DNA from: Pseudomonadales bacterium
GTDB lineage: Bacteria; Pseudomonadota; Gammaproteobacteria; Pseudomonadales; DC-out160
DNA length: 64,000 bases
Assembly (NCBI GenBank): GCA_019090455.1
Contig: JAHRWA010000010.1
Location: 211,366-275,365 of the forward strand
Direction: 5' to 3'
In this document: one piece after another, positions 31,303 to 40,528 of the stretch
Numbering within the stretch: the stretch's first letter is position 1
Layout: every line of letters starts with the position of its first letter
Made by a program: the position numbers and the translations under genes
The notes under the pieces: generated by a model
Told to the model about the DNA's origin: nothing
The model's database searches: none
What the model saw: only the letters and a program-made list of their open reading frames with translations

Positions 31303-34167
31303 TCAATTAACTAGACGCAATCCCTCAGGTAAAGATTCACCGAATACACGCTGCTGATCTTTTTCGTCCAATTGGATTATCTCCTCTACCATATTCACCC
31401 AACTGGAAGAACACTTAGATCCTGTCAGCTTTGCTACCACCTTTGCTCTCAACTCGTCATTCAAATCTCTTTCACGATCTCCCGATTGTCGGGCAATCAT
31501 ACTCGCAGCAAGTGCCGCGCCTTTATTTTTGCTCCAATCCTGTAACAATAAAAAACTGATCCACTGCCCCGCTACCAGCTTTGGCACCACACGATGGGCA
31601 CTCCCATAAAACGGTACCCGACTTCCTACACGGCCAAGAGCCCACCAAGTCGCCTCGGGTTCTTTCGCTTTCTTCAATCGTGTAACTAACCAATCCCCAA
31701 GCTCCTCTTTACTATCCGATGGAAGATGCTCTAACACTGCAGCCAGACGAACAATATCTTCATAAGAACGTATCTTTAAATCTTGAGCTACTTTTTGGTT
31801 TCGAGCCGTACCTGGGTTAATAAACTTAGCGATATCTTTATATATTTTTTCTTGCGCCTCTTCCGACAAGCCACCGGCCACCCGTCGCCAGAGAGTCCAC
31901 CACTCCGCCCAGGACTGTGATTCACCAGAAAACTGTACCCCTTGTGGATAATAGGCCCACAATTCATTTACCTTCCAGTCATCCAATGGATAGCCGAAAC
32001 CGGGACGCAAACAATACCCCATTAAATTATTCCATAACCGCTCATGATGACTTGAACGTCGACGGCGCTTAGCTCCCGTTGAAATCTCTTTGGACAACGC
32101 ACGTAGTAAGTTCGTATCCCAATTCGCTCTCTTACCCAACAACTTTTCTAGCTGCGGGCGCAAGTTTTTGATAACTTTCTTGTCCGATTTTTTTTCACTT
32201 TTCCCATAAACTTCATTTAGCCGAGCCAGCGCATCAGTAAAATTCGAAGGGAACTCCGCAGTTCCAGGCCTATCATCTAATGGCACAACTGGAGATCTCA
32301 GCAAGAATTCTAAATCCCAGACTCCCCCCCCCTTTGTCGCTACGCACTGTACTTGCAGTGATCCCACAGCTGTAACGTTTGCAACAATCTCAACCATAGC
32401 CTCATTTTCATCATTGCCTTCACTTTTCAAAACTGTCACTAGAGGAGGCAAAGCGACAAAGTCATCATCATCGACTGTAATCACTTGACCTGGAAAATAG
32501 CTTTTATCGATTACAGTCGACACCAAGTTAAATGAAACCGGTTTTCCCAACTTTAGAGAGAATTGTTTCCCTATCAGATTAATACTCTCTCCTTCAGAGG
32601 TCCCTTTGGGTAAAACACACAATGCGATATTGTCTGAATCTTCACTTTCAACCACTAAGAAAAAACTCCGCGCAGAACCTCCACCAATTTTCGTTTGCAA
32701 GCCACGTCGGGCCAACGCATACGCTACAGCTCCATAAGCAACTGCCTGATCTGTTTTATCGTTATCAAGCTGCTTAAGCGGTTCAGGCGACCAGTGATTA
32801 AACAGAGACAAAACTCGCTCCACAATCAAAGGACTTTTAAACATTCCACCATTAAACAATACGGTATCGGGAATTACCGCTCCAGCAGCACTACTCACTT
32901 GTATAGACCGGCATGCATCCTCATGACGATGTAAAAACGATGCTATATGTTTGCTGACTGCCGGGTCGGACACGTAGGTTAAACCAAGCTCCACAACAGC
33001 TGATTGTCGCTGCTTGGGAAAATCATTAAAATCAATTACCGGAAAGAAGCCGTCTAGCACCATTCGATGAATATCGGGTTTTGATACTTGTGTTTTACGA
33101 GTACCCCCTATCAATTTGGATCCACTACCCAATACGGTGATAGTGGCATACTCCGGCGCATCCTTTGCCAGTAACATTTCTTTCGCTTTGCGACTTTGTT
33201 GAATCAATTGAGATAAGGCGGAGGCTGTTAGCTTTTTACCTTCCCGTGTAATTTGTTTTTCGGCTTGATGCGCTAGCGCCAGGTCTACGTTATCCCCTCC
33301 CAGCATCAAATGATCCCCAACAGCGACTCGCTTTAATTCCACAGAATTTTCATTAACAGCGACACTCATCAAACTTAAATCCGTGGTGCCCCCACCCAAA
33401 TCACAAACTAAAATCAACTTGGATTCTTTCAGTATTTCTGCAGCATCGCTCTGATGCCGAAAAAGCCAGTCATACATCACAGCTTGGGGCTCTTCCAAAA
33501 GCAAATGATTAGCTAGACCTGCGAGCTTTGCAGATTCGATAGTCAAAGCGCGAGCCGCTTCGTCAAACGATGCGGGTATGGTGATAACAATTTCTTGCTG
33601 CCCCAAAGGATAATCCGGAAACCGATGATTCCACGCACACCGAATATGATCGAGATAACTGGCACTAGCGACGACCGGGGATACCTTTTCAACACCCTCA
33701 GCAGAAGACCAAGGTAATATGCCCGCCTGCCTATCAACGGAAGAATGGGACAACCAACTCTTAGCACTTACAACCCCCCGACCATCCACCTTGCTATTCA
33801 AGTCCCTCGCCCACTCACCAATAATGGCTTTTGGTGTAACCTCTCCAGCAATAAACTCCAGAGCATCAGTACTTGCATCCCAAGGTAAAATACAATCAGC
33901 CGGCGCGATTTCTCCCTTTGCAGGATGATATCGAAAAGAAGGTAAATTGGAACGCAGCGCAATTTCACCCGGTCCAACTAGTTGCTCGATTTCGAACAGC
34001 TGCAGCTCAGGTTTCAACGACGGTAAATCATGGGTGAGATTAGTGTTGCTAGCGTCTTCTTGTAAGGGGCTTAAATCACAATAGGTGACAACACAGTGTG
34101 TTGTCCCCAAATCAATCCCGACACAATATCGAGCTTTTTTATTACCTTCACGAATGACGGTGTTCAC
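31303..34167 (-). CDS. Large Hsp70-like ATPase with a ~300-aa helical-repeat C-terminal extension
   Basis: 954 aa. Actin/Hsp70 phosphate motifs VGIDLGTTHCVV and DLGGGTTDLS. The C-terminal W-rich helical region (ERLWNNLMGYCLRPGFGYPLDDW...) has no canonical DnaK substrate-binding lid. The GTG start overlaps the upstream stop (GTGA). Confidence 0.85.
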   Translation of the reverse strand: MNTVIREGNKKARYCVGIDLGTTHCVVTYCDLSPLQEDASNTNLTHDLPSLKPELQLFEIEQLVGPGEIALRSNLPSFRYHPAKGEIAPADCILPWDASTDALEFIAGEVTPKAIIGEWARDLNSKVDGRGVVSAKSWLSHSSVDRQAGILPWSSAEGVEKVSPVVASASYLDHIRCAWNHRFPDYPLGQQEIVITIPASFDEAARALTIESAKLAGLANHLLLEEPQAVMYDWLFRHQSDAAEILKESKLILVCDLGGGTTDLSLMSVAVNENSVELKRVAVGDHLMLGGDNVDLALAHQAEKQITREGKKLTASALSQLIQQSRKAKEMLLAKDAPEYATITVLGSGSKLIGGTRKTQVSKPDIHRMVLDGFFPVIDFNDFPKQRQSAVVELGLTYVSDPAVSKHIASFLHRHEDACRSIQVSSAAGAVIPDTVLFNGGMFKSPLIVERVLSLFNHWSPEPLKQLDNDKTDQAVAYGAVAYALARRGLQTKIGGGSARSFFLVVESEDSDNIALCVLPKGTSEGESINLIGKQFSLKLGKPVSFNLVSTVIDKSYFPGQVITVDDDDFVALPPLVTVLKSEGNDENEAMVEIVANVTAVGSLQVQCVATKGGGVWDLEFLLRSPVVPLDDRPGTAEFPSNFTDALARLNEVYGKSEKKSDKKVIKNLRPQLEKLLGKRANWDTNLLRALSKEISTGAKRRRRSSHHERLWNNLMGYCLRPGFGYPLDDWKVNELWAYYPQGVQFSGESQSWAEWWTLWRRVAGGLSEEAQEKIYKDIAKFINPGTARNQKVAQDLKIRSYEDIVRLAAVLEHLPSDSKEELGDWLVTRLKKAKEPEATWWALGRVGSRVPFYGSAHRVVPKLVAGQWISFLLLQDWSKNKGAALAASMIARQSGDRERDLNDELRAKVVAKLTGSKCSSSWVNMVEEIIQLDEKDQQRVFGESLPEGLRLVN

Positions 34168-36005
34168 TTTTCATTTTCTCTCACATCAAGCTCGACATTC
34201 CAACGTTCATCCCCCTTCACTGCAACGGCTTCTAGTCGTAAGGTTCCGACCTCCGTCACCGCGGCGGCCAAATAAACCGGCACAACTTCGCCTGATGATA
34301 GCCCCTCTACTGGTAGAGTCGCCTGAATTTCGGGTAACTCTTCCAACTCACCTTCGTCCCAATCTTCCAATAAATTACCAGGTTGATCATCGCGTCGAGT
34401 CGCTGAACCATAGAATCGGAAACGAACCGGCTCACCAACGACCAAACCAAGCTCTTCGCCCTGCATCGTCACGCTAGATCCTTCTTCCATTCCAAATGGG
34501 GCAACACACAACGCTTGCATTGGTATTTCTATTCCGGGAATAGCCGGCATCGCACTTTCCACACCAATATAATAGGCATTCGCAATCCCACCTCGAATTC
34601 GCACTCCCTTACCACGCCTTACATACCCATAATATGCGGCTCCTTTCGCAACAGATAAATCAAGGTCTGCGCCATCCAATAGCCGTGCGGGTTTTGCGTC
34701 TTCAGTATCTAACCAGCTATTAATAATACCTAACACTCGCTCTGCCAAAACCGGTGCTTTTAAAACTCCACCGTTAAATAAAATGGCCGTCGGCTGAATA
34801 AATGCCCCTGTTACCGGCTCGAAACCCGCTAAGTTATTTAATGCATCAACTTGTTTAGTAAGAAAGGCAGCGAGATGTCGTGTGACACCAGCATCCTGAG
34901 CATAGGGCAATCCCAACTTAGTTAAAGCCCCGCGTGCTGTCTGTACCGGCAACTCACTCACATCGACTTTCGGAAAGAATCCGTCAACTAATACTGACTC
35001 TACCTCTGCACGAGTCAGTTCCGACCTTAACGTACCACCGATCAATTTCGATCCACGACTAGGAACAACTAAAGGAACTACGTCAACAGTCGAATCCGCA
35101 AGTAAACCTTCTTTCGCATCCCTGCAACTGTGTGTCAAAGCCAACACCTGCCACGCCTGCAGTTTCTTACCTTGTTTGGCTAGTTTTGATTTAATGCAAT
35201 ATGCCAAGGCAAGATCCATATTGTCCCCGCCCAATAGAATATGATCTCCCACCGCCACTCGATTCAAACCGAGATTACCCTCTTCTTCTGTCACGGCTAT
35301 TAACGATAGATCAGTAGTACCACCACCAATATCAACGACCAGAACAATATCCCCAACACTGACCTGATCCCGCCAAGCATCACCGGCCTGATGTATCCAA
35401 CTGTAAACCGCAGCTTGGGGTTCCTCTAATAACGTCAAGTTCTTCATACCTGAACTGCGAGCAGCCTCTGCTGTCAGTTCACGTGCCGCAGGATCGAAGG
35501 ACGCAGGTACCGTAATCGTCACTTCTTGTTCTTCGATTGGGTTTTCATAGAAATGCTGATTCCAAGCCGCCTTGATATGTTCCAAGTAAGTCATGGTCAC
35601 ATCAAACGGGGACATTTTCTCCACTTCTTCCGGCGCATCAAGCGGTAAGAACGCTGAGCGACGATCGACTCCACCATGACAAAGCCAACTCTTTGCACTT
35701 GAAATTAAACGTATCGGTGTTTTGCTCCCCAACGACCTGGCCAGCTCACCTACCAATTTATCTGGACGCCTATCCCACGGTAACGCTAGATCGTCTGGAG
35801 CCACTTCCGACTCATGATACTGATATAAAAAAGAAGGCAATTGCGCTTTTTCCTCAACACTACCCAGGCTAGCTAATTGCGGAAGGAGCAAAATTTCTTG
35901 TTTGATTTCATCTTCAATTGCAGTACTGCCTTCATTCTCTAAATCCACAAAAGAAACGACACAGTGTGTAGTACCTAAATCTATTCCAATACTATACCGA
36001 CTCAC
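34164..36005 (-). CDS. Hsp70 family protein (non-DnaK paralog)
   Basis: 613 aa. Motifs IGIDLGTTHCVV and DIGGGTTDLS. The GTG start overlaps the stop of the DUF2760 gene (GTGA). Confidence 0.88.
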   Translation of the reverse strand: MSRYSIGIDLGTTHCVVSFVDLENEGSTAIEDEIKQEILLLPQLASLGSVEEKAQLPSFLYQYHESEVAPDDLALPWDRRPDKLVGELARSLGSKTPIRLISSAKSWLCHGGVDRRSAFLPLDAPEEVEKMSPFDVTMTYLEHIKAAWNQHFYENPIEEQEVTITVPASFDPAARELTAEAARSSGMKNLTLLEEPQAAVYSWIHQAGDAWRDQVSVGDIVLVVDIGGGTTDLSLIAVTEEEGNLGLNRVAVGDHILLGGDNMDLALAYCIKSKLAKQGKKLQAWQVLALTHSCRDAKEGLLADSTVDVVPLVVPSRGSKLIGGTLRSELTRAEVESVLVDGFFPKVDVSELPVQTARGALTKLGLPYAQDAGVTRHLAAFLTKQVDALNNLAGFEPVTGAFIQPTAILFNGGVLKAPVLAERVLGIINSWLDTEDAKPARLLDGADLDLSVAKGAAYYGYVRRGKGVRIRGGIANAYYIGVESAMPAIPGIEIPMQALCVAPFGMEEGSSVTMQGEELGLVVGEPVRFRFYGSATRRDDQPGNLLEDWDEGELEELPEIQATLPVEGLSSGEVVPVYLAAAVTEVGTLRLEAVAVKGDERWNVELDVRENEK

Positions 36006-36625
36006 AACTCTACCTCCGCTGCTGCGATAATGGTGACATCGTGCCCTTCACTTATTTTAGGTAATTTCACTTCTTGAGCGCGCCACCCGCGATGTATTAA
36101 CGTGCCTGAAAATGGAGCACTGCCCACGACCTTTCCTGTTAACCGAATCTCAGATGCATTAAACCCATCCTGAAGCGTAAGCCGGCTTCCCTCTTCTTCT
36201 TCCCGAATAGGCATCAACGTAAAATACTCGTTTATCGCTTTTAAACTTCCCTCATGTACGATACGAGCAGCGGCGCCAACCTCCTCATCGGAGTATTCAC
36301 TAATGTTTTCATAAATAAAATCGATCATTCGAGCCTCTTGCTGTAACAGACTGAGAAACTGCAGAGCTGAATCGGGAGAAGTGGATTTGATAACAGATTC
36401 GTTAACGGCAGGCTCTTTAAGAGGTATTGCCTTATCCGGAGTTTCACTAGAAATGGCGGGGTTTAGTGTAACGTCGGTGTGCGTATTTTTTGATGGTTTT
36501 AGCGCTAGCAATATTAAAAGGATGATGGCAATCCCAGATAATACTAGGTGTGTGATATCAAATACTGCAGGTAGCTGTAAGCTAGGGTCAAAATTCATGT
36601 TTTTCATCTCAAATTCGTTCAACAA
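36002..36625 (-). CDS. DUF2760-like membrane-anchored protein
   Basis: 207 aa with one N-terminal TM helix. The C-terminal region ALQFLSLLQQEARMIDFIYENISEYSDEEVGAAARIVHEG...GTLIHRGWRAQEVKLP...AAAEVEL matches my recollection of the DUF2760 consensus, a family typically found next to Hsp70 paralogs. Confidence 0.6.
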   Translation of the reverse strand: MLNEFEMKNMNFDPSLQLPAVFDITHLVLSGIAIILLILLALKPSKNTHTDVTLNPAISSETPDKAIPLKEPAVNESVIKSTSPDSALQFLSLLQQEARMIDFIYENISEYSDEEVGAAARIVHEGSLKAINEYFTLMPIREEEEGSRLTLQDGFNASEIRLTGKVVGSAPFSGTLIHRGWRAQEVKLPKISEGHDVTIIAAAEVEL

Positions 36626-37166
36626 TCAAAATAGGGACTCTTTTTCTTGGCATCGAATAATATCAAATTTTTGGCGCTGAGTCAGGAGCCTAACACTCTC
36701 TGCTGCCTGGAAAACGAACACTATGTTATTGTTTTGTACACACATTTAACTGCTGTTGTATCAGTTAAAATGAAACTCAGTGAAAGCAATTAAAAAGGAG
36801 CAGCCTGATTCGATATCCAGTCTCGATCCAACTGACCATTGACTAATAAAGCAATAAGCTGCTTCAAAACCATCAACTCAAGCGAACAGGGCTTCTGAAG
36901 CACTTACGTTTAGATCAAAAACATGGCAGAATTCCAATCAATCATTACCAATGAACGCACTAAGCCCAAGGGGTTTAATCATGCTTGTACATCAATTCTA
37001 ATCCCAACATATAACTAAAACAGGGATTGGCTGCCTTACAGTTAAAATGAAGTCGCATTAATCATGTAAACCGACCTGAATGCGCTCAATACGGACAAGA
37101 AGAGCTAAAGCATCTCACTGGACCTAGAATTTGCTTAACTCACCCACTTAATCTAAGGACGATTCA

Positions 37167-37679
37167 ATGAAACCAACCTCTAAATTAAAAATATTTTCGT
37201 CAAATTCACTCGTTAAACGCCTATCTATTGTTGGCACCACCAGCCTAGTACTATCAGCCTGCGCCGCATCCCCTTTTTCCAAACCAGAAATAGAATTACA
37301 AGAATTATCCAATGCGGATGAGGCAGTGGTATACATTTATCGCCCACGAAACAGTTTAAGCGGATTCGGCGAAAAGCATCCTCCAAAAGTATTCATTAAT
37401 AAACGTTCAATTGGAGAGTTACCTAACGGTCGGTTCAAATCTACCCTAATCCAGGAGTTGGAAAATAAAACTATCAGCCTTCATAAGACCGTTAAAGACC
37501 ACGCCTTCTCAAACGTCATACTCCAACAAGACATAGATATTTCTGGCGCTGCTAGATATTTCTTAAAACTGGAATACAACCACGACAGTGAACCCAACAT
37601 GGTATTGGTAAGTGAAAGTGAAGCGCTAAAAGATATGTCAAAACTGAAGCCAATTGCTGACCCTATAGAAGAAGAATAA
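37167..37679 (+). CDS. Putative lipoprotein (DUF2846-like)
   Basis: 170 aa. Lipobox LVLSAC. The VYIYRPRN...VFINKRSIGELPNGRF pattern resembles DUF2846. Confidence 0.55.
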   Translation: MKPTSKLKIFSSNSLVKRLSIVGTTSLVLSACAASPFSKPEIELQELSNADEAVVYIYRPRNSLSGFGEKHPPKVFINKRSIGELPNGRFKSTLIQELENKTISLHKTVKDHAFSNVILQQDIDISGAARYFLKLEYNHDSEPNMVLVSESEALKDMSKLKPIADPIEEE

Positions 37680-37746
37680 GTACGGCATACCAATTTGGTT
37701 AAAGCAGTATTCAAATTAAAACATGAAGAACAAGACAAGAACTTCT

Positions 37747-37781
37747 AACAAAACATCGGCTCTCATTTCTAAGAGCCGATG
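37747..37781 (-). terminator. Rho-independent terminator after the RCC1-repeat gene
   Basis: Perfect 10-bp stem catcggctct-catttcta-agagccgatg. On the minus strand it is followed by TTTTGTT. Confidence 0.6.
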
Positions 37782-37796
37782 AGAATACTAATTATT

Positions 37797-38702
37797 TTAT
37801 AGCGTGATTATAATAGCTTCCGGCACTGTACTCTGCCCCGAATCATCTCTTCCCCAGCAGCTGATTAAGCCAACGCTATCGACTACACAAGTATGATATC
37901 CACCTGCTGATAAGCTTATGATTGTCCCTAAATCTGCCGGCACATCTGCTTGTCCATACGTAGAATCACCCCAACATACCACCCCCGTGTCATCAACAGC
38001 ACAAGAATGCTCATAGCCAACAGACACCTTACTCGGATTACTTAAATCTGGGACAGTATTTTCTCCAAAGGTATTAAACCCACCCCAGCAAGAAACTGCA
38101 GCAGGGATAGCATCGATAGCACAAGAATGGAATGGGCCCACTGCTAACTGAATGGGATTCAACAGAAAAGGTACGACAGCGACACCTAAAAAATCAAACC
38201 CTAACTCGTTTGGGTCTGTAAACCAACAAGAAACACCTTCTGCATCCAATACACAATTGTGTGTTGCTCCGACACCCACGACTACTGGATTGTCAAAACT
38301 TGGTATTGCTCCAATTTGATTTGCAGCCCCCCAACAGACGACTCCGCTATCATCTATACCACAAGCATGTGTTTCTTCCGCCGATATCGCAGTTAAGTTA
38401 CTCAGACCTTCTGGTATATCGCTTTGCCCTGTAGAGTTTAAGCCCCAACATGAGGCCGCTTGCGAATCCATGGCACAAGTATTCGACCCACCCGCCGCTA
38501 GCAGCGATGTGCCAATCAACGTAGGAGCGTCAATCTGGCCTAAATCATTATTTCCCCAACATGTCGTAACGCCTAGTGAAGACCGAGTACAGGTATGCAT
38601 ACCTCCAGCAGAAACTTCTTGTATTCGATTAACAGGCTCACAACCCCAAAGCGTCACTAAAGTTACTACACATAATAAAATTTTATTATTTCGGTATGAC
38701 AT
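37797..38702 (-). CDS. RCC1-repeat (beta-propeller) lipoprotein
   Basis: 301 aa. Lipobox LWGC. About six repeats of the form H(T/S)CA(I/V/M)D..G..(S/V)CWG.N..GQ, which is the RCC1/BLIP-II-like signature. Confidence 0.8.
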   Translation of the reverse strand: MSYRNNKILLCVVTLVTLWGCEPVNRIQEVSAGGMHTCTRSSLGVTTCWGNNDLGQIDAPTLIGTSLLAAGGSNTCAMDSQAASCWGLNSTGQSDIPEGLSNLTAISAEETHACGIDDSGVVCWGAANQIGAIPSFDNPVVVGVGATHNCVLDAEGVSCWFTDPNELGFDFLGVAVVPFLLNPIQLAVGPFHSCAIDAIPAAVSCWGGFNTFGENTVPDLSNPSKVSVGYEHSCAVDDTGVVCWGDSTYGQADVPADLGTIISLSAGGYHTCVVDSVGLISCWGRDDSGQSTVPEAIIITL

Positions 38703-39078
38703 ATCGTTCTCCTTAATTATAATTATGATATTCCAAGTTTATTAAACGTCAGCGAATAACGTGTGCCTCAACCCACTAGAGCTAGCTTCCCGAGTAACCA
38801 TCATATTGTTTATGTTAATTTTTGAGTCTTTGACAGGAAAACTTTGAAAATATTTTTTTGCGGAGGACTTAGGTCACACCTCCCTCTTAAATGGATGGTG
38901 GATCTATTAACCACTCCGTATTTTTCCATAACGACAGTGTTGCAAGTTACGCAGAATCATAATATGTGTCAATATGGGATCACCATAATCCTGTATCGCG
39001 TTTTGACAAACTCTGCCCCCTAGAGACAACTGAATTCAATCCTCTCCACAAACATAGGCCGCACGCACAAACCCATAT

Positions 39079-39963
39079 TTATAAAAAATCGACTTCAGGA
39101 CATAACACACCACCCAACTTCGGTTCGGTATCATTAATTTTAGCGGCAACACACTGCATCGTAACGATATTGTCAAAATTGACTACAGTAAGCTTCGATA
39201 TCGACTGCATCCTTACGGTCGCTACTCCCTGTACTGGAATTCTCGAATATTCAACTGCAGAGGGGCAACCCACCGCAGCACACTCTCCTAACAGATCACC
39301 TCTGGGGCGAGCTGAGATGGCCGATAATAATTCCCCCACTAGAGGTACTACTAATGGATAATTATAAAACAACTCGACCCTTAACAAATTCGCATCAGTC
39401 AACGTATCATTGCCAACGACTATTGCTCCTCTCTCCTGTAAAAAATTATTAGGTATACAAAGCACCCCCCCTACACATGGAACCGTAAGGTCGCGAAAGC
39501 GTATAAAAGACTCAAGATTCGGATTCACAATAATGACTTCAACCGGAATATTCGCAATATTACCAAGCTCGTAGTCTTGCCTATCGGCGTCACTTAAAAT
39601 TGGGCGCAACCCTTTAACAGCCGCTTCTTTCATTGCAACAAGATCAAGACCACTGACGGCACCTGCTCGCGCGGCCATGAGAGCAGCGTAATTCATTGTG
39701 TTTTTAGCTTCCCAGACATAACCCATCTGTACCGTTGCAAACCCCACTACCAGAAGCATTGGCGCAACTATCAGGGTCTCAGTCATGGACACTCCACGCT
39801 GACTACGCTTAGAACCCATCAACATCGTCGTCCTTCTATTAGGATTAAACGACTTTCTAGCAACAAAACTGAATGCCCGGAATAACCACACGGCCATACT
39901 TTTTATATTTTTTATACCTAGCTTACTCAATTGATTTAACTCGCGACACTGCTTGCTAATCAT
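39079..39963 (-). CDS. TadE-like pseudopilin / Flp pilus assembly protein
   Basis: 294 aa. Prepilin-like segment SQRG|VSMTETLIVAPMLLVVGFATVQ (G-x4-E followed by a hydrophobic helix). The true start may be internal to the track ORF. Confidence 0.6.
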   Translation of the reverse strand: MISKQCRELNQLSKLGIKNIKSMAVWLFRAFSFVARKSFNPNRRTTMLMGSKRSQRGVSMTETLIVAPMLLVVGFATVQMGYVWEAKNTMNYAALMAARAGAVSGLDLVAMKEAAVKGLRPILSDADRQDYELGNIANIPVEVIIVNPNLESFIRFRDLTVPCVGGVLCIPNNFLQERGAIVVGNDTLTDANLLRVELFYNYPLVVPLVGELLSAISARPRGDLLGECAAVGCPSAVEYSRIPVQGVATVRMQSISKLTVVNFDNIVTMQCVAAKINDTEPKLGGVLCPEVDFL

Positions 39964-39979
39964 AGGTTAGCTCCCTGTT

Positions 39980-40528
39980 CTATTTTTCTTCCCAATTATC
40001 TTGGAGTCTTTCGGCCAAACGCTCTAAGCTTGAGCTTTTATCATATCGAGATGTACCACCAGTAGAAAAGTGGTAAATATGGCCAAGCAGGTCTGATACT
40101 TTCGACACATCCGCGTCGGCATCAAGCATGGCCGTGTAAAACTTAAAGTGCTTTTCGGCTAACGCTAAATTTACCACGGCTAAATTATATTGCGCCATAT
40201 TATAACCAGGATCGCGCGCAAGCACCTTTTCATAGTAGCCTCTCGCAACTGGCAGTTTTTTTTGTCTATAGGCAATATTACCCAGCTTATACATTGCCGG
40301 GAGAGAGTTTTCATCAAGTGCCAAAGCTTTTTCAAAGGACTTAATAGCAGATGTCCAATCTTTTTCTAAATAGGCCTGCTGCCCCTGCATTAAGTAAGAT
40401 TTTACCGAATGTATTTCAATATTCTCTGGAGGCTTCAATGCTGTATTTTGGCAACCTAAGAGCCCTCCCACGGTTAAGTACAGCAGGAAAACTTTCACCG
40501 ACTTACCCATTACTGAGAGCCTACCCAT
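39980..40528 (-). CDS. TPR-repeat lipoprotein, TadD-like
   Basis: 182 aa. Lipobox LLGCQN and TPR repeats (AYLEKDWTSAIKSFEKALALDENS..., YYEKVLARDPGYNMAQYNLA). Its start abuts the stop of the upstream FHA gene. Confidence 0.7.
   Translation of the reverse strand: MGRLSVMGKSVKVFLLYLTVGGLLGCQNTALKPPENIEIHSVKSYLMQGQQAYLEKDWTSAIKSFEKALALDENSLPAMYKLGNIAYRQKKLPVARGYYEKVLARDPGYNMAQYNLAVVNLALAEKHFKFYTAMLDADADVSKVSDLLGHIYHFSTGGTSRYDKSSSLERLAERLQDNWEEK

Noticed and set aside
34085-34477. 130-aa plus-strand ORF across the junction of the two Hsp70-like genes
   Set aside because: It is antisense to two confidently called Hsp70-family genes, and its Pro/Arg/Ser-rich translation is typical of a shadow frame.
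38966-39361. 131-aa plus-strand ORF upstream of the RCC1 gene
   Set aside because: Most of it is antisense to the 3' part of the TadE-like gene (39079-39963). It has no motif and is judged spurious.
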